In this document: positions 1-9,400 of the stretch, one piece after another
Layout of the letters: each line of letters begins with the position of its first letter
Numbering within the stretch: position 1 is the first letter of the stretch
The notes under the pieces: generated by a model
What the model saw: only the letters and a program-made list of their open reading frames with translations
The model's database searches: none
Told to the model about the DNA's origin: nothing
Position numbers and translations under genes: made by a program
Source of the DNA: a virus
Taxonomy: Duplodnaviria; Caudoviricetes
Virus record (IMG/VR): IMGVR_UViG_3300031452_000036
Span: 1-42,766 of that record
Reading direction: 5' to 3' (one strand)
Length of the DNA: 42,766 bases

Positions 1-52
1 CCCGTTCCGCCTCCGTCAGCGCCCGTACGCCTTCCTGCTGCCGTGGTGCCAT
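1..52 (-). CDS. 5' fragment of a host gene running off the window
   Basis: ATG at 52 (minus) with a GGGAGG-type RBS upstream; divergent from the deacetylase gene. Confidence 0.35.
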   Translation of the reverse strand, partial: MAPRQQEGVRALTEAER

Positions 53-235
53 CGCCACCTCCCTCCCTGGCACCAGTCTCCCCTACCAGACCCTCATCAG
101 CAACTATATGCTGCCTGACCCACTAGTTGATGGGTGGTATGGTACGAATGGGTGAGGCACCATCCGCGCCAGGTGGCGTGGGGCACGCCACGCAGCGGGC
201 TCGTGGTGGCCGGATACGTCTATGGAGTATGCAAG

Positions 236-790
236 ATGCGTGCAACAGTTTGCCTGACGTTCGACTTCGACGCGATCTCCCTCTGGATCGGCCCGCTGGG
301 GGCGACCTCGCCGAGCATGATCTCGCGCGGCGAATTCGGCCCGGTGGGCGTCGAGCGGATCCTGAAATTGCTGGACCGCGAAGGGATCCCGGCCACCTTC
401 TTCGTGCCGGGCCACACCGCCGATACCTACCCGGAGAGTGTCCGCGCGATCGTGGCGGCGGGGCACGAGGTCGGGCATCATGGCTATTTGCACGAGAACC
501 CGGTGTCGCTCGCTTCGCGCGAGGAGGAGCGGGCGATCCTGGAACGGGGCTTGGCGGCGCTCGAACGGGTGACCGGCACCCGCCCGGTCGGTTATCGCTC
601 GCCCGCCTGGGACAACAGCCCGCACACGATCGGGCTGCTGCTGGAGTACGGCTTCCGCTACGAGAGTTCGCTGATGGGCCACGATTTCTTGCCCTATTGG
701 TGCCGTGTCGGCGACGTGATCCGCCCCGACGGCCCCTACGAGTTCGGCACTTCGGTCGATCTGGTCGAGTTGCCGGTGAGTTGGATCCTC
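236..790 (+). pseudogene. Polysaccharide deacetylase (NodB/CE4 family), 3'-truncated by prophage insertion
   Basis: Motifs LTFDFD, ATFFVPG, HEVGHHGYLHE, GYRSPAWD, YESSLMG and ELPVSWIL. The sequence after WIL (790) lacks the expected DD-x-P continuation. ATG at 236 with GGAG RBS. Confidence 0.85.
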
Positions 791-859
791 GCCTATTGCG
801 TTTGTAGCCGAAATGGCCCGCCCAGCTTTTGCACGCCGCCGAGCGGACACAACGAAGCG

Positions 860-1058
860 CCCCGCGCGCACGAGGCGCGCAGGGCGCTGGTGAAGCCTTC
901 GGGGTGCCGAGCGGCCTGCATACTCGGGTAGGACGACCGGCTGGTATTCAAGCGCCTCGGGCGTATTTCCAGCCTACCCCGGCCTGTGCCACCCCCTTGA
1001 CCCGGTACGGCGGGTGGCGGGACCGCTTCGCATGCCAGCGGACGTATCCGCCGGTCCC
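860..1058 (-). ncRNA. Putative structured ncRNA downstream of the tRNA-like element
   Basis: Minus-strand stems GGGACCG/CGGTCCC (enclosing GCGGA-TACG-TCCGC), GCCACCC/GGGTGGC, GGGTAGG/CCTACCC and GGCTGG/CCAGCC, ending in a GC-rich terminator-like hairpin; no convincing ORF. Confidence 0.45.
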
Positions 1059-1061
1059 GGC

Positions 1062-1134
1062 TGGCTCGGGGCCAGGGACTTGCACCCCACTCCTCCGGGT
1101 TCACCCCGGTGTTCTCCTGCTGAACTACCCCCGA
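1062..1134 (-). tRNA. tRNA-like element / pseudo-tRNA with 5-nt anticodon loop and encoded CCA
   Basis: Minus strand reads TCGGGGG TA GTTC AGCAGGA GAAC A CCGGG GTGAA CCCGG AGGAG TGGGG TGCAAGT CCCTG GCCCCGA G CCA: cloverleaf with U1-A72, G73 and CCA. Confidence 0.7.
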
Positions 1135-1184
1135 AGCGCTCGCGCGCCTACAGCGATGATAGCGCACCGCCAGCCAAAGGGGAA

Positions 1185-1213
1185 GCCCCGACGCTGCCAA
1201 TCAGCGCCGGGGC
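1185..1213 (-). terminator. Probable terminator of the lysis operon
   Basis: Hairpin GCCCCGACGCTG/CAGCGCCGGGGC followed on the minus strand by TTCCCCTTT, just downstream of the holin. Confidence 0.5.
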
Positions 1214-1297
1214 AGGGGCGAGGAGGGAGGAAGGTGTGCCGTCTTGCGACGGCTATGGAGGAGGAGCCCGCCCTCGGCGTGTGGCTCCGAGGGCGGC

Positions 1298-1846
1298 TTA
1301 TGGCGCGGGCGTCGGCATGCCGAGCGACCCGACAGCGGCCACGGTGATGGGTGTGTCGCCGCCCGATCCCGCGACCGGGTAGACCGCCGCGATCGCCGTG
1401 GTGATCGCCGCGATGATCTGCTCCGGCGACGGGCCGCTCGGCACCGGGGACGCGGCGTTGACGGTCGGGCTATCGCCGGTCAGCACCACGCCGGGCATCG
1501 GCGCGCCGTTGGCCTGCTTGATCTGCGTCACCGCGCCCTCGATAAACGTCCGCATCTGGTCGGCGCTGAGCGTGATTCCGTGCTCGCGCAGGAGGGCGAC
1601 GGCGCGCTCGGTCGCCTCGCGGTACTTCGCCTGCGGGTCGAGGCCGTGTGTCCTGCCGATCTGCTCGGCGGCGCGGACGGCCTCGCCGGTGATGGCGATC
1701 GCCTGCGCGGTGTGGGTCGCCCCGATCCGCGCATCCACTAGGCGACGGAAGTAGACGAACACGGCCCCCAGCAGGCCCGAAGAGATCAGCAGGGAGAGCG
1801 CGGCGATCACGGCTGCGGTCGCGGTCGTCGGTGTGGCGTTGGTCAT
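1298..1846 (-). CDS. Phage holin, LL-H family
   Basis: N-terminal TM helix then AVRAAEQ...AKYREA...GITLSADQMRTFIEGAV, typical of LL-H holins; next to the endolysin; AGGAGG RBS. Confidence 0.75.
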   Translation of the reverse strand: MTNATPTTATAAVIAALSLLISSGLLGAVFVYFRRLVDARIGATHTAQAIAITGEAVRAAEQIGRTHGLDPQAKYREATERAVALLREHGITLSADQMRTFIEGAVTQIKQANGAPMPGVVLTGDSPTVNAASPVPSGPSPEQIIAAITTAIAAVYPVAGSGGDTPITVAAVGSLGMPTPAP

Positions 1847-1858
1847 GGGGTGTCCTCC

Positions 1859-2197
1859 TCAGTAAACGGGTGGCGAAACGTCATAGTCGGTCGTCAGGAT
1901 CAACGTGCGGCTGTCGCTGCTGTCCGGCGAAAACCCTCCTAAGATCAGCACCAGCTTGCCGCTGAAACTGCTGCGTTCGGCGCTGATCGTCTGGACCGCG
2001 AAGGCGGACGGGATACCATGCTCCTCGTAGAGCGTCTGTCCCTCCACCGTGACGACACGAACCACGTTGCCCGGTGCCGCAACAAGCGCACGGATGTACT
2101 GGCCATCCTTGAACGCGCCCGCGTGCCTGCCGCCCTGGTTAGGGTCGATGCGAATGTCACCATTGATGGTACTCACGATGCCCGCCTTTCGTTCCAC
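1859..2197 (-). CDS. Hypothetical protein in the lysis cassette
   Basis: 112-aa ORF overlapping the endolysin end, with protein-like composition. Confidence 0.55.
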   Translation of the reverse strand: MERKAGIVSTINGDIRIDPNQGGRHAGAFKDGQYIRALVAAPGNVVRVVTVEGQTLYEEHGIPSAFAVQTISAERSSFSGKLVLILGGFSPDSSDSRTLILTTDYDVSPPVY

Positions 2198-3138
2198 GGC
2201 TGCGCCTCTTCGTCCTTGAACGAGCGATCTTCCAGCACGCCCGGTTCGGTCGCGCTCTCCACCGTGACACCCACATCCTTGATCGCCACCCCCGCGATCT
2301 TGCCGGTCTTGCCGCCAAAGTTGAGTACCACGATGGCGGCCCCGTCCTGGTTGATGTACGCGGTGTACTTGCCCTCCGCCGGTTCTTTCACGTCGCCCCC
2401 TATCTGTGCCAATACGTCCGCTATCGTGCCAATCGGATCGAGCGGTGCCTTCTTCGAGATGTCATGGTTCGGGATGCCGTAACGCGCCAGGTCGGCGGCG
2501 CTCCCGTTGAAGCGATCGCGGTCGAACTGCCCCACCACCGCGTCGCTCGTCGCGTACCACTGGTGCTGATGCAGAATGGCGGGCTGCGTGAACGGGCGCT
2601 CGACGCCGAGCCACCCCGCATCGTCCGGCAGCATCCCGCTTCCCGGCGCGGCCTCCCAGAGATAGAAACCATTCGCCTCGCTCAGCCAGGTCCAATTCCT
2701 CGCGCCCGTCTCGTCGAGGAAGTAGGGGCCGGTGTAGAGGATGATCGGCGCGACGAGCGTGTCTTTCAGGCCGAACATATACGCCTTGAACGCCGACTCG
2801 ATATTCGTGCCTAGCGGGCCGTCCTTCCATTGCGGCGTCTCGAAGTCCACGCACACAAGGTCGCCCGGTCGCAGTGCTGGGGCGATCACGCTCGCGTAGT
2901 CGTGCGCCGAGGCGGTCCCGTCGCCGTCGTTCGCCCACCCCTGCGGCTCCACCCAGTCGTAGAAGCCGGTGATGACCTGGGCGAGACGCGCGGCTAGGGT
3001 GTTGTCATGCCAGTAGGGGTTGACGTAGTTCCCTTCGCCCGTCACCTTCGTGATGGCGAAGGTGATCCCCTCGCCCGCCAGTTTGGGAAAGTCCGGTCGT
3101 CCCTGCCAACTCGCGTAGTCCATGCCGCAACTAATCAT
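2173..3138 (-). CDS. Endolysin, GH25 muramidase
   Basis: GMDYASWQG, FAITKVTGEGNYVNP, CVDFE, ILYTG, LHQHQW and FDRDRFNG motifs of GH25 lysozymes. Confidence 0.85.
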   Translation of the reverse strand: MISCGMDYASWQGRPDFPKLAGEGITFAITKVTGEGNYVNPYWHDNTLAARLAQVITGFYDWVEPQGWANDGDGTASAHDYASVIAPALRPGDLVCVDFETPQWKDGPLGTNIESAFKAYMFGLKDTLVAPIILYTGPYFLDETGARNWTWLSEANGFYLWEAAPGSGMLPDDAGWLGVERPFTQPAILHQHQWYATSDAVVGQFDRDRFNGSAADLARYGIPNHDISKKAPLDPIGTIADVLAQIGGDVKEPAEGKYTAYINQDGAAIVVLNFGGKTGKIAGVAIKDVGVTVESATEPGVLEDRSFKDEEAQPWNERRAS

Positions 3139-3584
3139 GCTTCCCTCCCTCCATCGTCTTCATCTTCCACCGGGCCGCGATAGCCCTTACCCTGTAGCGC
3201 GGTTATCTGCGAGCGCAGGCGGGTCAATCCCTCCACCTGACGCTGATTCTGTGTCGTGAGGTCGCGGATCGTCCCGTTCGCCACCGCCAGATCGGCGCGG
3301 AGTTGGATCGTGGTGACCTGCTCGGCTTGGAGGCGCGTCTCCAACGACTCGACGCGTGTTTCGAGGCGTTCGATGGTTTTCGCCATGTCGTCCTGGCGTT
3401 TCCACATGCCTTCGTCATAGCGTTTGAGGTCACCTTCCCGCTCCGTCGCCTCGCGGTCGGTACGTTGCTGCGTCGTCTCGCGCACGCCCTTGCGCTGGTT
3501 CTCCCGCCAGGTCAGGATGCCGAGCAGCGCCGAGACGAACACGCCGAGTACCCCGGCGAGTTTGGTCAACTCGTCCGCTGTCAC
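3135..3584 (-). CDS. Membrane-anchored coiled-coil protein (holin-like lysis accessory)
   Basis: One N-terminal TM helix and a long coiled coil; translationally coupled to the endolysin. Confidence 0.6.
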   Translation of the reverse strand: MTADELTKLAGVLGVFVSALLGILTWRENQRKGVRETTQQRTDREATEREGDLKRYDEGMWKRQDDMAKTIERLETRVESLETRLQAEQVTTIQLRADLAVANGTIRDLTTQNQRQVEGLTRLRSQITALQGKGYRGPVEDEDDGGREA

Positions 3585-3597
3585 CGCCGCACCCCCT

Positions 3598-3990
3598 TCA
3601 TGGCCTCACGACTCGTTTTAGCGCCCACACCTGCACCAGCATGAGGGTTATGTAGGTCACCCAGATCGGCGTGTTTGCCGGGACGCCGTAGATCAGGGCG
3701 AACGCGCACCAGAATCCCGCGCCCGCGATCAGCCCCACCATGCGCCCCCACCGCCACTCGTTGATGACGCCCGCGAATTTCAGGAGTCCCGCCACGAGCG
3801 CTAGCAGCCCCCAGGTCCACGACGGACGCGGTACGTTCAAAAGCACGCTTTCCGGCCAGAGCAACGCCAGGCCGGTGCCGAGCGAGAGCGCGGCGGTGAG
3901 GAGTTCGATCGGCGCGGGGTCGGCGTCGTACCACAGGTAATGCACCCGCGCGCGGAGTCGTGACCGTCGTGCTGTCAGACGATGCCGCAT
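3598..3990 (-). CDS. Four-TM membrane protein in the lysis cassette
   Basis: Four hydrophobic segments; GGAGG RBS. Confidence 0.6.
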   Translation of the reverse strand: MRHRLTARRSRLRARVHYLWYDADPAPIELLTAALSLGTGLALLWPESVLLNVPRPSWTWGLLALVAGLLKFAGVINEWRWGRMVGLIAGAGFWCAFALIYGVPANTPIWVTYITLMLVQVWALKRVVRP

Positions 3991-4030
3991 GCCCGCACCT
4001 CCCTCCCGTCCGCGATCTGGTAGCGCATCG

Positions 4031-4375
4031 TCAGCCCCCTTGCGCGAGCCGTTGGCGCACGAGCCAGCGGATCACCTGATTGAGTTGCGGCACGGTCAGG
4101 TCGGTCCCGGCGAGGAACGCGGTCGTCAGCGCCTGTACCCCCGCCCGGGTGGTCGACTCCTGTGCCGCCGCCACCTTCTCCGCCGCGTCGAGCGCCGTCG
4201 GATTGTGCGCGCCCACCACGGCCTGCACCGCCGCCACGTCCGCGCCGTCCGGCACGACGATCGTGATACTGTCGCCCAGCCCCGTCACACGCTCCGGCCT
4301 GATCCCCGCCGCCCACAACTGGTCCTGCAAGGCGTCGAGGCGGTTCGGCCTCGTGTATTGCAGCGTCTTGCTCAT
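4031..4375 (-). CDS. Small tail-associated protein (possible fibre chaperone)
   Basis: MSKTLQYTRPNRLD... start with AGGAG RBS; follows the tail tip gene. Confidence 0.55.
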   Translation of the reverse strand: MSKTLQYTRPNRLDALQDQLWAAGIRPERVTGLGDSITIVVPDGADVAAVQAVVGAHNPTALDAAEKVAAAQESTTRAGVQALTTAFLAGTDLTVPQLNQVIRWLVRQRLAQGG

Positions 4376-4385
4376 CGGGAAACTC

Positions 4386-4961
4386 CTAACTGGCGTCGCG
4401 ATATTGCGTCGCCCAGAATGCCGACGCGTACGCCCCCACGTCGAGCGACAACGCCCCGCCGCTCGTCTGCGAGCAGAAGACGCGGAGGATGTCGCCCACC
4501 AAGAAATAGCGATAGCCGAGCGCCAGATTAGTCGTGCGCTGACTGTCGCCGACCGCCAGCCTGCGATCTTGGGCCACCGCGCCGGGCGCGGTGCCATTGA
4601 GGGTGATCTCCACGTGGCGCTGCCCGACGCTGTTGATGTACCAGAGCAGGGTCGCGCCGAAGTCGTACCACCCGGCGACGGGGATCGTCAGGCGGTCGGT
4701 GAACGCGCTCGTCAGCCCGCCGGAATCCCCGTCCACGGTGTCGAAATAGAGCGGCGTGTAGGTGTTATTGGGGACACTCACGACCTGACCCTGCGACCGG
4801 CGCGCGCTCGCCAGCCCCAGCGCGCGGCTCGGGATCCGGTCGGTCCCCGTCCCGTCGATAACGCCCTTCAGGTAGGCGTTGTTGTCGCGGATATTGGCGT
4901 TGCCATACGCGGCGGTCAGCACCTGCCCCGCCACGATCGTCGTCGGTGGTGTCCACGGCAT
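4386..4961 (-). CDS. Minor tail / receptor-binding protein (beta-rich, C1q-like C-terminus)
   Basis: MPWTPPTTIVAGQVLTAA...N..IRDN N-terminus typical of minor tail proteins; C-terminus with LYFDT..DSGG and RLTIPVAGWY. Confidence 0.6.
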   Translation of the reverse strand: MPWTPPTTIVAGQVLTAAYGNANIRDNNAYLKGVIDGTGTDRIPSRALGLASARRSQGQVVSVPNNTYTPLYFDTVDGDSGGLTSAFTDRLTIPVAGWYDFGATLLWYINSVGQRHVEITLNGTAPGAVAQDRRLAVGDSQRTTNLALGYRYFLVGDILRVFCSQTSGGALSLDVGAYASAFWATQYRDAS

Positions 4962-4972
4962 CGCTCATCCTC

Positions 4973-6430
4973 CTAGAAGCCCCAAACCGCAGTATCGAAA
5001 TTGCTGCTATCCCAGATCGAGTAGGGCACCGCTGCCCCGGCTTTTTCGAGGCCGAACGTCGTCACGATCCGCCCGCGCACCCCGATCGCGTGCGCGATCC
5101 GCTCGATCGTCATCGCCGTGTTCAGCCCGCTCTGCGCCTCCGTCACCGTGATCCGGTCGCTCACCTCGCGCGCGAGGCACTGCGCCAGCATCGCCGCGTC
5201 GTCGCCCGGCACGGTGATCGTCGCGGAGGCGCGCGGCTCCTGGTAGAGGTTGACGATCCCATTCGCGAGATCCTGCGCCATCAGCAGGTCGATCTCCGGC
5301 CAGGTCTCCGCCGCCCACGTCCGCACCCCGTACTTCGCCCGACTCGCGCTGGTGTCCACGGTGTTGTAGACGCGCACCTCCGTGGCGACGAGCCGCCGCG
5401 CCCGCAGCTGCAACGCCGTGATCGTCGCCCCGCCCGCCCCCGCCACCAGCGTCAGCGTCGCCACGCGCCCCGAGGTCCGGTCGAGGGTCAGCGTCACCGT
5501 CCCCGCGAGCAGCGTGTAATCGGGGCCGAGTTGCGGCACGAGCGCCTCGATGAACGGCTCGCCGCCCGCGTCGCGCACGATCAACCGCGTCGTCGTGTTC
5601 GCCGCGAGGATCAGGTTCGCGCCGAGCGCCCACACCTGCGCGAGCGGTTGCGGCGTGCGGAGCTTCACCGGCAACTCCGCCCGGTTGATCACGTTCTTCA
5701 GGTTCGGCGCGAGCGCGAACGGCCCGCCGTGCCACGGCGACGCCCCGCTGTCCCGGATCGTCGCCTGCGAGGTATTCGCCCGCGCGGTGAGGATGCGGTA
5801 GTGCCGATCCTCGAACACCAGGAAACCGTCCCCGCGCTCGTAGAGCGCCGCGCCCGGCCCCTCGGTGTTGAGGAGCGCCCGCAGCGCCTGGAAGGCGTCC
5901 ACCCCCTCCAGCCACCACCACGCCAGGATCGTCGCCCCGGTCTGGATCGCGCGCTCGGCGGCGGGCCAGCCGACCGCGTCGAGGATCGCGTGGATCGCCA
6001 CGTCGGTCGTGATCCCCTGGTAGACCGCCGTGGTGACGGACTGCCCCGCGAGGCGCGAGAGCATCCCCAGGCAGGGCACGCCGACCGACCGCGCGCCGAG
6101 CGCCGGTTCCTGCGGCAGGTCGTCCAGGAGCGCCGTGGCGAGCGTGTAGGTGGTGCCGCCCGCCGCCGTCGCGGTCACGCGCACGCGATGGCCGGGGCGG
6201 AGTTGCGCGGCGAGCGGCGAGGCCGCGTTCTCGGTCGAGTAGTCCCGGCTGCGATTGTCGAGCGCGAAATCGAGCTTCCCGGCCATCGGCGGGGCGAGCG
6301 CGCGGAGCTGGTCGCGCCCGCGCTCCATCGTCATGCCCCGCTCGGCAAGGACGCGCGCGGTCACGTCCTCCCCGGCTCCCAGGTAGGTAGTGGAATCGGA
6401 CCAGTTGATATAGGCGTTGATCTGGGGCAT
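4973..6430 (-). CDS. Tail tip / baseplate hub-like minor tail protein
   Basis: Directly after the tape measure; EDVTARV...ERGRD...LDNRSRDYS N-terminus and SRAKYGVR...EVSDRITV C-terminus typical of siphophage minor tail proteins. Confidence 0.7.
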   Translation of the reverse strand: MPQINAYINWSDSTTYLGAGEDVTARVLAERGMTMERGRDQLRALAPPMAGKLDFALDNRSRDYSTENAASPLAAQLRPGHRVRVTATAAGGTTYTLATALLDDLPQEPALGARSVGVPCLGMLSRLAGQSVTTAVYQGITTDVAIHAILDAVGWPAAERAIQTGATILAWWWLEGVDAFQALRALLNTEGPGAALYERGDGFLVFEDRHYRILTARANTSQATIRDSGASPWHGGPFALAPNLKNVINRAELPVKLRTPQPLAQVWALGANLILAANTTTRLIVRDAGGEPFIEALVPQLGPDYTLLAGTVTLTLDRTSGRVATLTLVAGAGGATITALQLRARRLVATEVRVYNTVDTSASRAKYGVRTWAAETWPEIDLLMAQDLANGIVNLYQEPRASATITVPGDDAAMLAQCLAREVSDRITVTEAQSGLNTAMTIERIAHAIGVRGRIVTTFGLEKAGAAVPYSIWDSSNFDTAVWGF

Positions 6431-6433
6431 GGC

Positions 6434-9400
6434 CTACAACCTCCCCCGTCGCTTCGCCTCGATCACGCCGCTCACGATCGCGTTCTGCAAATCGGCGACG
6501 CCGTAAATCGGTGCGTTCTGATTGAATACCACCGTGATCCCGCCCGCACCCCCACCGCCGCCGCCCCCGCCGCCGCCCAGGCCGGGCGGCACCATCCCGG
6601 CCACGGCGGGCTTTGCGGCGTTGAGCGCCCCGAAGACGGCGGAGACCGCCGTGGAGAACGCCGTCGCCGCCGCCAGTCCGCCCGCCCCGATCTGCTGCGC
6701 CGCGCTCGTCACCGCCACCAGCGTATTGATGATCGGGGCGAGGAGCCGGTCGATCCCCGCCCGGTCGGGCAGCAGCAGCCCGTTGAGGCTCTTGAAAAAG
6801 CCGGTCGCGGACTGCAACGCCCCGAAGATCGTCCCGGTCGCCGCGCCGAACTCCGCCGCCGCCTTCACGCCGTCCCCGGAGAGCGTCCCCGCGATCCAGG
6901 CGAAGCGCGCCACCATGCCCCGCACCGCACCCGCGAACGCGTCCAGCGCGCCCAGGCCCGGCGCGACGAACGAGAACAGGGAGGTCAGCCCCTGCACGCC
7001 GGAGCCGACGATCGCCAGGATTTTCCCGGCGCTGTCCGCGAACGCGCCCGCCGCCGTCACGCCGTTGGCATTGAACCACCCGGCGACGTTGACGAGCCGC
7101 GCCACGATCTGCCCGACCGACCACGCGAACTCGTCCAGCGTGCGGGTCGTGGGGGCGCGGAAGTCGGCGAGGGCGTCGAAGCCCTTCACGCCGGCCCCGA
7201 TGATCGCGGTGACTTTCCCGGCCGTCTCCGCGAAGAGTTGCGCCGCCGCGAGTTGCCCCGTCGCGAAGGTCGGCATGTACCACGCGACCCGGCTGGTGAT
7301 GTCGGTCAGGACGCGCACGAACTCGGCGATCGCCTGATTGCTCGGGGCCACGAAGCCCGCCAGCGCCGCGAATCCCGCCACCCCGGTGCCGATGATCGCC
7401 GCCACCTTGCCCGCCGTCTCCGCGAAGAGGCCCGCCGCCGCCAGTTGCCCGGTCGCGAATTGGGGGATGTAGTAGGCCAGGCGGCTCGTGATGTCCGTCA
7501 GGACGCGGACGAACTCGGCGATCGCCGCATCGCTCGGCGCGACGAAACCCGCGAGCGCCGCGAATCCCGCCACGCCATTCCCGATCATCCCGACCACCTT
7601 GCTTGCCGTATCCGCGAAAAGCTGCGCCGCCGCCAATTGCCCGGCGGCGAAGATCGGGGCGTACCACGTAAACCGGCTAGTGATGTCGGTCAGGACGCGA
7701 ATGAACTCGCCGATAGAGGCGCTGGTGGGCGTCGTGAATTTCGCCAGTTCGGCGAAGCCCGCGACCCCCGAGGCGAGCAAGCCCACGACCTTGCTCGCCG
7801 TGTCGGCGAACTGTCCCGCCGCCGTCAGTTGGTCTGCGCCGTAACGCGGCAGCGCGTTGACCAGCGTCGCGGTTAGCGTAGCGATGCTGTTGAGGAACAC
7901 GCCGATACTCGCATCGCTCGGCGCGACGAACTTGGCCAGCGCCGCGAAGCCCGCGACCCCGTTGCCCAGGAGCGCCACGACTTTGCCCGCCGTTTCGGCG
8001 AATTTACCCGCGAGAGCGAGCCCTTCCACGCTGAATTGCGTGCTCACCTGCGTGATGCCCCGCAGGAACGTCGTCACCGTGGCGACGAATGCAGCGATCG
8101 CCGCGTCGCCCACGCCCTTGTAGTCGCGCAGCTTCGTGAAGCCGTCCACGCCGTTACTCAGGATGCCGACGGCCTTTGCTGCCGTATCGGCGAACCGCCC
8201 CGCCAGCGTCAGCCCCTCGGTGGTGAACTGTGCCGCCACCTGCCCGATCGCCGTGATGAGGGTCCGCACCGTCTCCACGAACGGGCCGATCAGCGTATTG
8301 TCGATCCCCTTGTAGGCGGCGAGTTTGGTGAAGCCGTCGACCGCGTTCCCGATGATCCCGACGACCTTGCCAGCGCTATCCGCGAAACGCCCCGCGCTGG
8401 CGATTGCGTCGTTGCCGAGCAGATCGGCGAGCGCGGCGAAGTCGGCCACGAGAAGGCGGAGCGTCTTGCCGAGCGCATAGACCGCCGCAGCGGGCGGGGC
8501 GACGTAATCGACGAGCTTGCCGAGTCCCGCGACCCCCTTACCGACTGTATCGGCCACCTTGCCCGCGCCGGCGGCCAACGACGTGGCCTCGGCCAGCATG
8601 TCCTTCCCGACGAGCGCGGCGAGCGCGGCGAAGTCCTGGATGGCGAGGCGCAGCGTCTTCCCCAGCGCGTAGATCGCGGCGGGGGCCGGATCGACGTAGC
8701 TGGCGAGTTTGGTCAGTCCGGCCACGCCCTTGCCCACCGCGTCCGCCACCGCGCCCGCCCCGGTCGAGAACGTGGTCGCCAGCCCCAGCATCTCGGTGCC
8801 GACCTGTTCGGCGGTGAGCGCGAAGTCGTTGACCAGCAGGCGCAGCGTCTTGTCGAACGCATAGATCGCGGACGCGGCGGGCGGTGTCAGCGCGGCGAGG
8901 CCGGTGAGCGCGGTCACGGCGCTACCCACGAAGCCGAGCACTTTCCCCGCACCCTCGGCGAACTTCACGGCGGCATCCAGCGCCTTGCCGTTCATGGCGC
9001 TCGCCGCTGCCGCCACCGCGTTGACGACCTGCATGGTCGAGGCGAGGAATGCACCCACCTGATCACCCGAGGGCAGGGCGGCGCTGTTGAGGTTGCCGAG
9101 CGCCCGCAGCGACGTGAGCGTGACGATCACCGCGTCCGCAACCGCCTTGGCGAGCGCCGCCGCCTTGGCGACCGCGGCCTGCTGGGTGCTGCTCATGCCG
9201 CCGACGAGTCCGGCGACGACCTGCTGCCCGACCGCGACCATCACCTGCGACGGCGACTTGATCTGCAACGTGTCGCGCACCGCATCGTGCAAGGCGTTGC
9301 CCAGGTTCTGCCCCGCCGCTTTCATATCGCGCCCGAGGCTGTTGCCCGGTAGCGCGGCGTTGGCGAGCGCGGCGTTCCCCGCCGCGATCGAGGTCGCCGC

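Noticed and set aside
1062-1134. Element as a functional tRNA-Ser(TGA)/Phe, tmRNA or the prophage att site
   Set aside because: Anticodon loop is only 5 nt, there is no long variable arm, no G3-U70 or tag ORF, and the junction lies about 270 bp away in the deacetylase
4386-6430. Diversity-generating retroelement or invertible tail-fibre system
   Set aside because: No reverse transcriptase or invertase, and no TR/VR pair with adenine-specific mismatches was seen
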